A stretch of DNA of 64,000 nt from Oikopleura dioica (GCA_907165135.1 OU015566.1:10106001-10170000); one strand, 5' to 3'; shown: positions 44,800 through 59,325, numbered from the stretch's first letter. The notes: generated from the sequence alone by a model not told the origin. Numbers and translations: made by a program.

Positions 44800-47700
44800 T
44801 TAATTTTCATCTGAGAAGTATATTCCAATAAAGTCTTCTGATCCTTCATGGTCGGTAACCCAGCCCGCTTCGTCCGACGGGTCCATGTCTTTGTTGCAGT
44901 TGTTTGTATGACAGCATTGATGACAAGTGGACGTAGTTCGCAAAGATGGGAAACATTGTTGGGCTGCTCGAACGAGGAAGTTCTGCTTTTTATTATTGTA
45001 GCAAGCAACAGCAGCCTTGCAACCCATATTGATTGTTACGACCTTAATTAATTCGTAAAAATACCATGAGCAGAGCTGGATTTACCTGGAAAGCTGGGTT
45101 ATCTGGATCTGGTTTAAGGTTATCTGGGCCGGAATAAACATTTCCGTCGAGATAAACTTCATCTTCGAAGGCAGACATATTCATAAAGTTCTTTTGCGTA
45201 GTGATGAAGCATGAGTCCTGCTCCTTGGCGCAGAATTGTTCCTTACCCTGAGATCTGCATTCTTCGTAAGTTTTGGCATTCACACACTAAACATTTTTTT
45301 GCTGAATGAAATTGACTAAAAAGACTTACGCTCCAGCAGCTTGTCTGTGGCTCGCCAGTTCGCTCAGCAAAACGCGGGAAGGCCCATTTATGCTGAGATG
45401 GTTCGAGCTCATCGATGATGATCTTGCCAGTATCTGGGTCTCGCTCGTAGAATGTTCCACGGTCTAAAACGCTTATAGCATCAGCAAATAGAGAATAAAA
45501 CTAACCATATTCCATATCGTCATCGTCCATGAGAATAACAGCTCGTTGCTTGCCCCAGTTTGCTCGGACATTGTGTTCGGACTCAACTCCAAGAGCTTGC
45601 TTGAGCAAAGCATACTTAGCCTGAGGCGTGAGATATTTGACCAGTTGAGGGGGCACACCCTCGAATGGTTTGATCGATGTGACCCATTCTGGCGAGTCGA
45701 AAGCCTCAGTTCGATCTTCGTTGAAGTCAAATCCGGTTCCGCGGAAGTCATCGTCAGATGTCTCAAATGCTGGTCGATTTTCAGAGAATGAGGATGAGAA
45801 TGAAGAGTCAAATTCAGGAGCGTTGTTGACGTAATTGTCTGTGAAAAATGACACAGCGTCCTTGTGAATAGGCGAAACAGATCCTTTCACGAGTTATATT
45901 TTCAAATATTTGGGTAAAAAGTCCAAAAAGTCGATTGGTATCAATTTATGAATAAAAACTCATTCCTGTATTGAAGTCTTCTTCCTCGGCAACTGGCATC
46001 ATCTGCTTCCACTTCTGATCAAAGTCTTCATAAGTGAAATAGAACTCAGTGTACCACTGCTCGACTTCCTGTGCCATAGCGCTCAAGTAATTTCCATATT
46101 GAAGTGCGGCTTCAATCGGGGCAATATCTCGGATAACTGGCATCGATGGGAAATTGATCTGCTCTGGTTTAATAGGAACGAATCTATCCTCTGTCTTTGC
46201 AAGCTCATCGTTGATCATGTAAGAGACTTTCTCTGCAACCAGATCGTAGATTCCTTGCGCTTGAGCCTTGATATCCTCCTTCCATGCTTGGATGGCGCCA
46301 TAGTTGTAGTGAATTTGTTGGAAATCGGGTTGTTTTGGAAGTTTTTCGAATTTGATATCGCCGATAGGTTTGCGGGTTGTTGTAGTTGTCGTTGTAGTCG
46401 TCGTTGTAGTTGTAGTCGTTGTGTATGGTACTCGAGTGGTGAAGATCTGATATCCTCTGGAATTCTTGTATTCGGTTGGATTGAAATCGATCTGCACGCC
46501 ATGATCTCGCTCGTAATCGAGAACTGCTCTGAGATAAATATCCATAGTAGCATCGATTCGTTGCTGCTGGATTTTCAAACGGTTGTTGAAAAGCATTTTG
46601 TAATGCTCGTATTGATAATGTGGTTCGTTAGGTCTCTGAGGGCGCATTTGGAATTTAGGTGGGAGGAATGGCGGCTGAAGGTCATCAGGAGGAGCGATGA
46701 TTCCCGTATCAAATTCAAACACGAATGATTCCTTTTCGTCTGGTCTTTTTGGACGAGTGGTTGGAGCTTTAGTTGTTTTCGAGTTCTGGTACTCGATCTG
46801 TGCATGATAGTAAACCTGCATATCCTCTTGGTATTTGAGCTCAGCTTCTTGCTTTGCCGCCATCCATTGTTGAAGTTTTTGAGAAAACTCATTCAAATAA
46901 GAGCTGTATCGGCTCGGAGATTCTCCAGCATACTTTGGTCTTCTTGTCGGCTGCGGTGGAAGGTTCAGTGTTGGCATTGGCATTGTAAATGGCTCTCGAG
47001 TTGTTGTAGCGTAACCTTCAGTTGTCGTGTAATCGACTGTAGGCGAGAGATTAGTTGTGTAGTCCCCTGTTGTTGTGATAATAGTCGTTTCAAAAGCAAT
47101 GGTAGTCGCAATAGTCGTTGTCGTATAATCTGGGAACTCAAAGTTCATCTCTTGGAGAAGCTCTCTCCATCTACTGAGCATCTCTCGGTATTTCTCAAGG
47201 TATTCTCTGTATTCTTTACGAGATTCAGATTTCTTCTTTCCACGGCGGACTGGTCGAGGAGGAAGAACAGATACAGCATCATCATCAAGTCCCGAAACAA
47301 GCTCGTCAAGTTCACCGAGCTCAAGGTCGATCAAATTATCAAGCCAGTCATCGGAGGCATCTTCAGAGTTAGCACTTGAGATCTTGTCGAAGTCTTCAGT
47401 TCGCTCAGCTTCGTCAGTTGGATCATAACATGAAAGAATCTGCTTTTCGTCAACCTCGACAAAGCTCTCTTCAAGGCCTTCTCGGCACTGACATGTGTAG
47501 GAGCCAGGAATATTGACGCACAGCACTTGATAGATGTCATCATGCCGGCAATCATCATCGAGAGCAAGTGCGCATTCGTCGATATCCACACATTTGCCAC
47601 TAAACATCTCGTAGCCTTCCTCGCATTGGCACTGGTACGATCCAGGCAAGTTGACGCAAATTTGATTGTCTCCCAAACATGAAGTCGTGAGATCACACTC

Positions 47701-50700
47701 GTTGATATCTTCACAATTGAGACCATCTCCCTCAAAGCCATCTGGACACAGGCACGAGTAAGAGCCGATAGTATTCGTGCAAATAGCATACTGATGGCAC
47801 TCATGATCGAAAGATTGACATTCATCAAGATCTTCGCATCTTCCATTCTTAAATTCCTGACCTTCTCCACAATCGCAAATATAAGAACCAGGGCTGTTGA
47901 CACAAACAGAGTCGAAACTGCACTCGTCGTAGCCAATCTCACATTCATTTAGGTCTGAACAGGTCACACCATCGCCATAGAATCCTTCGATGCAAGAGCA
48001 CGTAAAGCTTCCGTCAGTATTTCTGCAAATAGACCCTTCAGAAGCGCAGTTATGAGTTCCAGTAGAGCATTCGTCAATATCAGCACAGTTAACACCGTTT
48101 CCTTCGTAGCCAGCGTCACAGCTGCACTCATAGCTTCCATCTGTGTTCGAACATGTTGCTCGATAATGGCAGCTTGCAATGCCATAAGCACACTCATCAA
48201 TATCTTCACAAGTCATTGCCTTTCCAAGTTTGTATCCTGAGCTGCAGACGCATTTATAGCTGCTGATGGTGTTTAGGCAGATTTCATTGTCACCGGTGCA
48301 TTTGTTTCCGCCAAGGCATTCGTCAATGTCTTCACATTGATCACCAGCAAAACCACTCAAACAATCACATGTAAATGAGCCTTCAGTATTTCTACAGACA
48401 CCATTCGGTGGACAGATTGTTTCTGTCGTCATACACTCGTTGATATCAGAGCAATGAGTTCCTGAACCAGAGAAGCCGCTGTTGCAAGAGCAGGAATAAG
48501 AGCCAAAAGTGTTCGTACAAGTCGCATCCGCATGGCATTCGTTAATTCCGGAACATTCATCAATATCGACACAGTCACCATTCTTGCTTTCGAAGCCAGT
48601 GTTACAGATGCAGTTGTATCCTCCTTTAGTATTCTGGCACCTCTCAGTAGCAAGATCGCATTCATGTGTGTCCTTCTTGCACTCGTTGATATCTTGGCAA
48701 TAAGTTCCAGAGCCCTCGAATCCGTCAGAGCATTCGCACTTGAAGGATCCAGGAAGGTTAACGCAAGTTGCATCAGAGTCGCAATTGTCGATTCCAACAG
48801 CACATTCATCGTTATCAACGCAATCTCCATCAGAATTTTTGACGAAGCCGTGTTTACAAGTGCACTTGTAGGTACCAACTCGATTAAAGCAATCAGAATT
48901 GTCGCCACAGATAGATGCATCTTCACATTCATTGATGTCAACACATATACCATCATTGTCAACGAAGCCATCATCACAGCCACAGACAAAGGAACCATCT
49001 GTATTTGTACATCCAGCGTTAATATCACAATAATGTATGCCACTGATGCACTCGTCGATATCCTCGCATGACTTGCCGCTGTCGCCAAAGAATCCAGGTT
49101 TGCACTGGCAGGTGAAGCTTCCGTCAGTATTCTCACAAGAGGCATTTTCGGAGCAGTCATGGGCATCATTAGCACACTCGTCAATATCAACACACTCTCC
49201 ATCATTCATTTTGTAACCGTTGTCGCAGAGACACTCGAAAGTTGATGGCAGATTGTTACAAGTCGATTGAGCAGGGCATCCGTGAGTACCATCTCGGCAC
49301 TCGTCGATATCGAAACATTTCTTGCCGTTTCCGAATGAACCATCAGGGCACGTACACTTGAATCCTCCTTCAGAATTCACACAATCAGCTGTTGAATCGC
49401 ATGGGTTGTCAGTAGCACATTCATCAATGTCTACACAGACTCCATCAACCATTTCAAAGCCAGATTTACAGTCGCAGATCTCATCACTGCCTTTCTTGTA
49501 GCAATAAGCGTTATCACCACAGTCCGTCTTTTTGCACTTCTTTTTAGGTGCACAGTAAAATCCGTTTCCTTTGTGTCCGGCGAAACAGTCACACTGATAA
49601 GCTCCTTTGTTATTGGAACAGTAACCGAGGTCGCTGCATTTATGAGCTCCGAGCATACATTCGTCTTCATCCATACAGTTGAATCCGTCACCAGTGAACC
49701 CCTCATTGCAGAAGCACTTATAACTGCCTTGAGTGTTCAAGCATCGGCTATTTTTATGACAGCTATCGATTTTCTCCGCGCACTCGTTGATATCAACACA
49801 CATGAATCCATCGCCAGAGTAGCCAGATTTACATTCGCACTCATAGCTGCCGTCAGTATTGAGGCATTTAGAGTCTTGCGAGCATTGATGAGTTCCAAGA
49901 GCGCACTCGTTGATATCGGAACAGGTGAATCCGTCTCCAGTGTAGCCACTGCCGCAGCGACAGTCAAATCCTCCGTTGTTATTGACACAGTCTGCTGACG
50001 GGGCGCAGAAATCAATGCCAACAGAGCACTCGTTCACATCAACACAAGATCGCCCATCACCAACGTATCCGTTAGTGCAACTGCATGAAAATCCTCCAAA
50101 TTCATTCAGGCATCGGCTACCAATCACAGCGCAATTATGAATACCAAGAGCACACTCATCAATATCCTGGCATGAATAACCATTTCCTCGAAGGCCTCGT
50201 TTGCAGTTACAGATGTAGTTGCCAACAGTATTTATGCATTCTGCTTCAGGGTGGCACTTATGCTGAGACGTGCTGCACTCATCTTGATCTTGCATTTACC
50301 ATCAACCATAATGTATCCGGAGACGCAAATGCACGCGTAGCTACCGTCAGTGTTTTTGCAAATGCTATTTTTGCCACAGTATTTTTATCTTGTGAGCACT
50401 CATTAATATCCATGCATTCGCCTAAAACAGACTCGTATCCCGCAGAACACGAGCATTCATAAGATCCAGGAGTGTTGGTACAGTCGGAATTGTCGCCACA
50501 TGGATTGTTAGCACACTCATCAATGTCATCACAATTTTTAAACCCATCACCTTCGTATCCATCTGGACACTTGCATTTATGATATCCGTCTCTATTTTTG
50601 CACTGAGCAAGTTTATGACACGAATCTTCTTCTTCGCATTCATCGATGTCAACACATTTCGAGTCGACAAGCTCATGACCTTCTTCGCAAGTGAGTTCAA

Positions 50701-53700
50701 ATCCTCCGAGTCTATTTTCACAACTTCCACCTTTTGGAATGACGAGATCGTCCGCCTGACATTCGTTGAAATCAGCGCAAACGAACCCGTTTCCGACAAA
50801 ACCATCTTTGCAGGCGCAAGAAAAGCTTCCTTCTGTATTCTTGCAAGAAGCATTTTCGTGACAAGAGTTAACAAGTGAGCACTCATTGATATCGGTGCAA
50901 GTGAAACCCGAGCCCTCGAAGCCTTCATTGCACATGCAGTCGTAAGATCCATCTGTATTAGCGCAAGAAGCGTTCTTATCACACTCATGGCTTCCATCAG
51001 AGCATTCATTATTATCGACACAGATTTGACCGTTTCCTTGGAATCCTTGTTCGCACTTGCACTTAAACGATCCTTCAGTATTTTTGCACTTCGCATTCTC
51101 GTCACAATTGTGAGAGCCATTTTTGCATTCGTCGACGTCGCGACATTTACCCTTCTTGTCCATTTCAAGACCGTCAACGCATCTGCATTCGAAATCCTTA
51201 TCGTTCAAATCGACGCAATATGCGGATTTATGACAATCAGCCTTTTTGGTCGCACACTTTCCAGTTGGTTTGCAGTTGGTTACTCCATCGCCAGAGTATC
51301 CGACGAGACAAGAGCAAGAATAAGAACCGATGGTATTAGTACACTGAGCAAACTCAGCGCATGGATTTTCATCGCATTCATTGACATCAACGCAGAAATC
51401 ACCATCATTTCCACTATCGGCAAAGCCTCCTTTACACGTGCACTTGAAGGAGCCTTCAGTATTTGTACAGATAGATTGGCCAGAACAAGCATCTTCAAGG
51501 CATTCGTTGACGTCGACACAGGTAAAACCATCACCACTGTAACCAGTATCGCACTCGCATCTGTAATTTCCAGAAGTGTTGATACAGTTTGCATAAGCAG
51601 AGCATTCATTATCACCGGAAACACACTCGTCGATGTCAGCGCAATCAATACCGTTACCGGCGAAACCATCCGAGCAAGAGCAAATGAAAGAGCCGCTTGT
51701 ATTCTCACAATTTGCATTGTTGCCACATGGATGAGAGTCACACTCGTCGATGTCAATGCATTCTCCGCTAATCATTGAGAAGCCCTCAGAGCAACTGCAC
51801 GAGAAACCGCCAAAGAGGTTAGTACACTCCTGGTTGTTTCCACATACAAATGGCATTAAACATTCGTTGATGTCGTCACAGGATTTTCCATCGACTGAAA
51901 GGCCAGAATCGCACGTGCATTTGAAAGAACCGAAAGTGTTAACACAATCAGCATTTCCGTCACATAAATTAGAGATGTCACATTCATTGATATCCGTGCA
52001 AGAACCGTCAATCATCTCGAATCCAGCTTCACACGTGCATTCGTAAGATCCTCGGTATTTCGGCAGTTTGCAAAGAGACCACAAACATCAGCATCTTCAA
52101 CACACTCGTTGATATCATCGCAGTTAGCTCCAGCGTATCCAGCAAGGCATTCACAGTTGTACGATCCTTCGCTATTAATACATCTCTCACGATTAGAGCA
52201 AGTATTAACATCAATACATTCGTTGATGTCATTGCATTGTTGACCATCTCCGGCGTAACCATCTTTGCACCTGCATTTAAAGCTACCGTATTTTTTCATC
52301 TTGCAATCAGCGTTAGAATCGCAGTCATGATTGCCAGTGTTGCAAAGATCTTCAAGCTCACATCCGCTTCCAAAGTCTCGGAATCCCTCGACACAGTCGC
52401 ACTCGAAAGAGCCTTCAACGTTCGAACACATACTGTCATTGCCGCAGACATTGTCGATCGCGCATTCATCGATATCGATACAAGCGTTGTCTTGTTTCTC
52501 GAATCCAGGAGGGCAGAAACATTCGAATGAGCCAATATTGTTGACACAGTAAGCTTTGTAACCACACTGAGAGTTTTCACATTCGTTGATGTCTTGGCAA
52601 TATCCGTTATTGTCCTCGTAACCGGTGACACACGCACAAGTGTAGCTTCCTGGGGTGTTTTTGCACACGCTATTGACACCGCAGAAGAGCTCAGACTTAG
52701 CACACTCATCAACATCCTCGCAAGAACCGTCATTGTTTTCGATAAATCCTTGGGCACAGACACAATCGTAGCTTCCGAAAGTATCAGCGCAAACTTCGTT
52801 ATCGCCACAAACACTATCATTTTCTCTACATTCATCGACATTATAACAATTGAATCCGTCTCCGGTAAAACCGTCGGTGCAAGTGCAATCGTAGCTTCCG
52901 GCAACGTTGGAGCAATCCGCATATTTGCTGCAAATGTTTTCACCGGCACATTCATTGATGTCCTTGCATTTCTCACCATCACTTTCGAATCCGGTTTTGC
53001 AAGTGCAGTCAAAGGATCCGATTGAATTAGAGCAGACTGCGTGTGCTTGGCAAGCATTCTCTTCAGAGCATTCGTCAACATCTTCGCAGGTAACTCCGTC
53101 ACCCGAATAACCCTTTTTACAGACGCATTTGAAACTTCCTTCAGTATTCTCGCATTTCGCGTTTTCATCACAGTTGTCTGTTTGAGCATTACATTCATCA
53201 ATGTCAAAGCACTGTAGTCCATTACCGCCATAGCCATCAGAACAAGAGCAAACAAACGAGCCGACTGTATTTTTACAAGAAGCATTGCTGTCGCAAGGAT
53301 CTTCAGAACACTCATCGACATCTTCGCAGTTTTCACCGCCATAGCCAGGATGGCAATTGCAATTATAAGATCCGGAATTATTCTCGCAACTGGCGTTTTC
53401 TGTGCAGGAGTCAAGTCCAAGTGCACATTCGTCGATATCTGCACATGAGCTGCCTTCTTTCTAAATCCAGATGGACAGACGCATGTAAATCCTCCGTCAG
53501 TGTTACTGCAAACTAAATCACCGGTGCAGTTATCCTCTTGAGTTGAACACTCGTCGATATCATCACATTCATCGCCTGCGTATCCATTTCTGCAGGAGCA
53601 GACAAATGATCCTTGGATATTTTCACAATCTGCATGCATGGGGCAACTGCTATCAACTGCGCATTCATCGATATCTTCGCAAGCGTATCCGTCGCCAGTA

Positions 53701-56700
53701 AAACCAGCATTACAGGAACAAGAGTAACCACCAGACGTATTTGAACAAGCTCCATTAGACGAGCATTTATGAGTACCATCATCACACTCATTAACATCCA
53801 CGCAATCACTATTTGAAAGAGTGTAGCCATCGTGACAAATGCACTCGATATTTCCATCGATTTCGGAGGCATCCGAATGTGTTGGACACTCAAGAACAGC
53901 TCTGTTGGAAGCAGCGGGATTAACACAGGAGCCGTCGATTTTCTGCCAGTAGTCCTTGCAGACACACTTTGACCCACCTGCGAAATTTACACATTTTTCG
54001 CCAGATGCACATTCCGATAGACCAAGAGCGCACTCATCGATGTCGATGCAGATTTCTCCGTCTTTTCTGAATCCTGGGATGCACTGACATGAGAAAGATC
54101 CGATTGTATTTGAACAGACTGATTGGGGAACGAGAGAACATGGCTGATCGACAATGCATTCGTTAATATCAGCGCAGATGCCGTTCACTCTCTTGAAGCT
54201 AGCTTTACAGCTGCAAGAAAAGCTGCCAACTGTATTTTCACAGTTTTCTCGAACCTTGCAGTCAGCAAAACCTTCGTCACACTCATTGATATCTTGACAT
54301 ACTCCAGCGATCATTTCGAAGCCAGCATCACAGCTGCAGTCGAAGGATCCAACAGTATTAGTACACACGCTATTATCTGGGCAAGCATCAGCTAGAGAGC
54401 ACTCGTCAATATCTGAACATGTCAATCCATTTCCAGTGAACCCTGGTTTACAAGCACACTCAAATCCAGGGCTTGTATTTTTACAAATAGCCTTGGCGTC
54501 ACATGGATTCTCTTCGCACTCATTGATGTCGACACATTCTATTCCATTTCCAATAGTTCCATCGGGGCAAATGCAGTCATGTGATCCAGGAGTATTGAAA
54601 CAATCATTCCCGTTGCAGATATTTTCGATCTTGCATTCGTCAATATCGGTACATTTTCCATCGACGAGCTCGTATCCGTCAACGCAGGAGCACTCGTAGG
54701 ATCCAACCGTATCGGAACAGATGCTATTTGATCCACAGATATTCTTTGGAGAGCACACTCGTTAACGTTGTCACAAGATTGTCCATTGCCAATGAAACCA
54801 CTCATGCAGGTGCAAGAGAAAGAACCTGGAGAATTGTTACAGACAGCGTTTGGACTACAGTCACTTTGTGCTTCGTCACACTCATCAATGTCGATACACT
54901 GAAGAGCGCCAAGTTTTTGGTATCCATCATCGCACTGGCAGTCATATCCACCAGCAGTATTGACACACTGAGAATTCTCGCCACATTTGTTTTGCCCGTT
55001 CTCACACTCGTTTATGTCCTCGCAGTAAACGCCATTACCGGAGAATCCATCATCACAAAGACACGAATATGAACCCGCGGAATTCGTGCAGCTAGCATGA
55101 GCCGAGCAGGGGTTGTTCTCACACTCATTGATGTCGTTACATTTTCCGTCATCGAGGACAAAACCATCTTTGCAGATGCACTCATAACTACCGGGCATGT
55201 TCAAGCAATTAGAGTTATCTTGGCATGTTGATGAATCCGTACACTCGTCAATATCCGAGCAAGAAACGCCATCTCCTTGATAGCCATCGTTACATTTGCA
55301 CGAGTATGATCCATTATCGTTAATGCAGTTTGCATTTTCATGACAGTTGTTGACTCCCTTGCATTCATCAATGTCATTGCAGACTCCGTCAATTTCTTCA
55401 AATCCTTTCGCACATTGGCAGAAATAGCTACCTTTTGTGTTTTGGCAGTCGAAGTTTTTGCCGCAGTCACTTGTTTTTGTCGAGCATTCATCGATATCAT
55501 TGCAGAAAAAGCCGTCACCTTCAAGTCCTGGAAGACAAGAACATTCATATCCTCCCTGAAGATTATTGCAAGAAGCCATTTGGGAGCATGAGTTTTCTCC
55601 AGATTCACATTCGTCAATATCAGTACATATTTCGCCTGAACCGGCATAGCCTGATCTGCAGTTACATTCGTATCCACCGTTAGTATTCACACAGGCAGCA
55701 TTGACATCACATCGATGATCGCCGTTACTACATTCGTCAATATCTCTGCACTGATCACCAGTTTCCATGAATCCAGGTTTGCAGTGACAAATGTACGAGC
55801 CGAAAGTGTTATGGCAGTCTCTCTGGCCACAGATACTACCGTTGCCACATTCATTGATGTCGGTGCAGTGTTGCCCGTCACCGGTAAAACCATCTCTGCA
55901 GGTACACGAATATGAACCAACTGAATTTGTGCAAGAAGCGTTTTCATCACAAGGATCAAACGTGCATTCGTCGACATCGAGGCAATTTTTACCATCGCCA
56001 TCGAATCCAGATTTGCATTGGCAGCTGTAAGATCCGTCAAAGTTCTGGCACTCCGCATTTTTATGACAAGAATTTTTTCCAGTAGCACACTCGTTTATAT
56101 CGGTACAGAAAGTTCCGTCACCAGAGTAGCCATCTTTGCAGGTGCACTTATGACCACCGAAAGTATTCTCGCAGTCAGCATTGAAATCGCAACTGTGAGT
56201 GTCAAGCAAGCACTCATTCTGGTCCATGCAGACAAACCGTCGCCACTGAATCCATCTTTGCAGATGCAATCATATGTTCCAGCGGTATTGAAGCAATCAG
56301 ATTTTTCGTGACAATTGTGTCTGTTGGATTCGCACTCGTTAACATCTTGACAAACTTTTCCATCGCCAGAATAGCCCAATTTACATTGACATGCATACGA
56401 ACCAAGGGTATTTAGACAGTTGGCATTTTTGTCGCAGCTGTCAGTTCCTGCTTGGCATTCGTCGATGTCGATGCATTTTCCAGAAGAAGACATTCTGAAG
56501 CCAGAATCGCAAATGCACTCATGACTTCCGATAGTGTTTTTGCATGTCGCATGCGATCCACAAGTCGATGGAGAAGCGCATTCATTAATATCAACGCAAG
56601 AAAGCCCGTTTCCAGAGTATCCAGAATTGCACTTGCAGCTAAAAGAGCCTTCCAAATCGGTGCACTTCGCATTCGTATGACAGTCGTCTAAGTTCAAAGC

Positions 56701-59325
56701 GCATTCGTTGACATTGTCGCAGCTCTTTCCGTCACCGACAAAGCCAGATTTGCAAGTACAGGTGAATGATCCCTGAGAATTGTCGCAGTAGCGTGCTCGG
56801 AACAATCATGTAGACCCATTTTGCACTCATCTTTGTCATCGCAACTGTACGAGCCAAAAGTATTGAAACACGCAACATCGCAATCATGAGTGCCGTTGCT
56901 ACATTCATCAACATCTCTGCAATTTTCAGGATTTCCGAAGAATCCCTCAGAACATTCGCATTTAAATGATCCATCTGTGTTGACACAAGATGTGAGTTTC
57001 TGACAGTTATGTGAGCCCTGAAGACATTCATCATCATCAAAACAGCTGAGTCCACTTCCATCGTATCCTTCGTTACAGGAACAAGTGAAACTGCCTACGG
57101 TATTAGAACAGGATGCGTTTTCATCGCATAAATTAGCGTCGCATTCGTTGATATCCGAGCATTCGATTCCGTCTCCTTCAAAGCCGTCCATGCAGTCGCA
57201 CTCAAACGAACCGTGAATATTGATGCACTCTGCATTTGCCGCGCAATTATTTTCACCAGTAGCGCACTCATTGACGTCAGAGCACATGAATCCATTTCCT
57301 TCAAAGCCAGCTGAGCAAGAGCAGTAATATGATCCGATAGAGTTCTCACAAGAAGCGTCTGGGCTGCATTCGTGAGTTAGAGCTTCGCACTCATTTGTGT
57401 CTCTGCAAGTGAAACCGTCACCAGTGTAACCGGATTTGCAAGTACAGGTATGAGACCCATCAGTATTATCACAATTTGCCTTGTCGCTGCATTCATGTGA
57501 TCCAGTGGTGCATTCATTGATGTCAACGCATTTGCCGTTTTTCTTTTCGTAACCGCCAAGACAAGCACACTGGTAAGAGCCAACAGTATTGACGCAGTCA
57601 GAGTTTTTAGGACAGAAAAATGAATTGATGCTGCATTCGTCAATATCCGAGCAAACCTTTCCATCTCCTTTATAGCCAGCTTTGCAAGAACATGAGTAGG
57701 AACCAAAAGTATTGAGGCACATTGCATCCTCGTGACAGACATCAACTTCAGTGTCACACTCGTTGACGTCCGAACAACTCTGGCCATTTCCATCAAAGCC
57801 CGCGTTACAAGTACAGACATACGACCCAGAAGTATCCGAGCACGTCGCATCAGCATGGCAATCGTGTTCGCTCGTGATACACTCGTTGATATTGTTACAG
57901 ATTTTGCCACTTCCAGAATAACCGGCTTGACATTGGCAACTGTATGATCCTCCGTTATTGATACAATCAGCGACTTCATCACATCTGTGTGTATCATCAG
58001 TACATTCGTTATTATCAACGCAGGTCTTTCCATCGCCAGAATATCCATTTAAGCAAGAGCATGTAAAGCCTCCTTTGTTATTTATACATCTGGCATTGTC
58101 GTCACAATTGTGTTTTCTAATATCAGTCTGAATACACTCATCGATATCCTTGCACTCGTATCCGTTGCCCATGTAACCAGAGTTGCAGTGGCAGAAATAA
58201 GAACCGTCTGTATTGTCACAAGTTGCATCTGCAGAACATGGCGAAAACTGGCATTCATCAATATCTGAGCATGAGAAACCATCACCTTCATAGCCAGTGG
58301 GACAAGAACAACTATAGCTTCCGATTGTGTTCGTAAATCTTGCGACGGCGTGGCAATTATCAAGTCCTTCGGAGCGCTCGTTAATGTCATCGCATTCAAT
58401 TCCATCGCCTCTGAACCCAGTTTTGCAACTGCATTCAAAAGAACCAACAGTGTTTTTACAATCCGCTGAGGCATGGCAATTATCTGTATTCGCAGTGCAT
58501 TCGTCAATATCTCGACAAGTTTTTCCATTTCCGCTGAAGCCTTCGTTACAAGAACACACAAATCCAGGAGAACTGTTAGTACAAGATGCGTTACTGTCAC
58601 AATCATGATCGCCAGTATTACATTCGTTGATATCAGCACAGTTTTGACCATCTCCCTCGAAGCCATCATCGCAAGAGCAGCTGTAACTTCCATCAAGATC
58701 AGTGCAAATGGCATTATTGCCACAGACCTTTGCCTTCAAGCATTCATTGATGTTATTACAGGTTTCGCCGTCACCAGAATAACCGTTGTTACAGGTGCAG
58801 GTGAAGCCCCCGTAAGTATTCATGCAAGAAGCATTTTCATGACAATTATTAGTTCCTTCGAGACATTCATTGACATCGACGCACTTATCTCCATTCATCA
58901 CAAATCCCTCATTACAAATGCAGTCGTAAGAACCCTTTGTATTAACACAGGATGAATTTTCGTCGCAGTTATCTTGCTTGTACATACACTCGTCAATATC
59001 GAGGCAATCTCCTGCTGCACGAAGGAGTCCATATTTGAAGAAGCCAGGCTTACATTTGCAATTGTAGCCGCCTTTTTCATTCACACAGATTGAATTTCTT
59101 CCACAATTATGCATTGAACCAGCGCACTCGTCGACATCATCACAAGTCTCACCGTCGCCTTTGAACCCTGGAAGGCAAATGCATTCGTAAGAGCCAAGGG
59201 AGTTCATACATCTAGCATTTTTATCACACGAATTTGTGTTTTGTGCACACTCGTCCACATCAGAACACGTTTTTCCGTCTCCAATGAAACCTGGTCGGCA
59301 GCTGCAAGGTAGCTTCCAACTGTAT
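44800..59325 (-). CDS. Giant extracellular EGF-array protein (about 90 mostly Ca-binding EGF modules, Thr/Pro-rich region, C-terminal Cys domain); 5' end missing in the gap; at least 7 one-base frameshifts
   Basis: Continuous DxDEC...CxNxxGSYxCxC repeats from 59325 to about 47400; count estimated from length at about 42 aa per module. No TB domains seen. A GA-AG intron (45965-45884) and short GT-AG introns lead to the stop at 44800. Confidence 0.85.
46378..46422 (-). repeat. Coding ACN triplet run encoding 15 Thr (mucin-like)
   Basis: [19 protein letters not shown] in ORF 45946-50295. Confidence 0.85.

Noticed and set aside
44800-59325. Calling the EGF giant fibrillin (FBN)
   Set aside because: No TB/8-Cys or hybrid domains were seen, and the C-terminus is unlike fibrillin.
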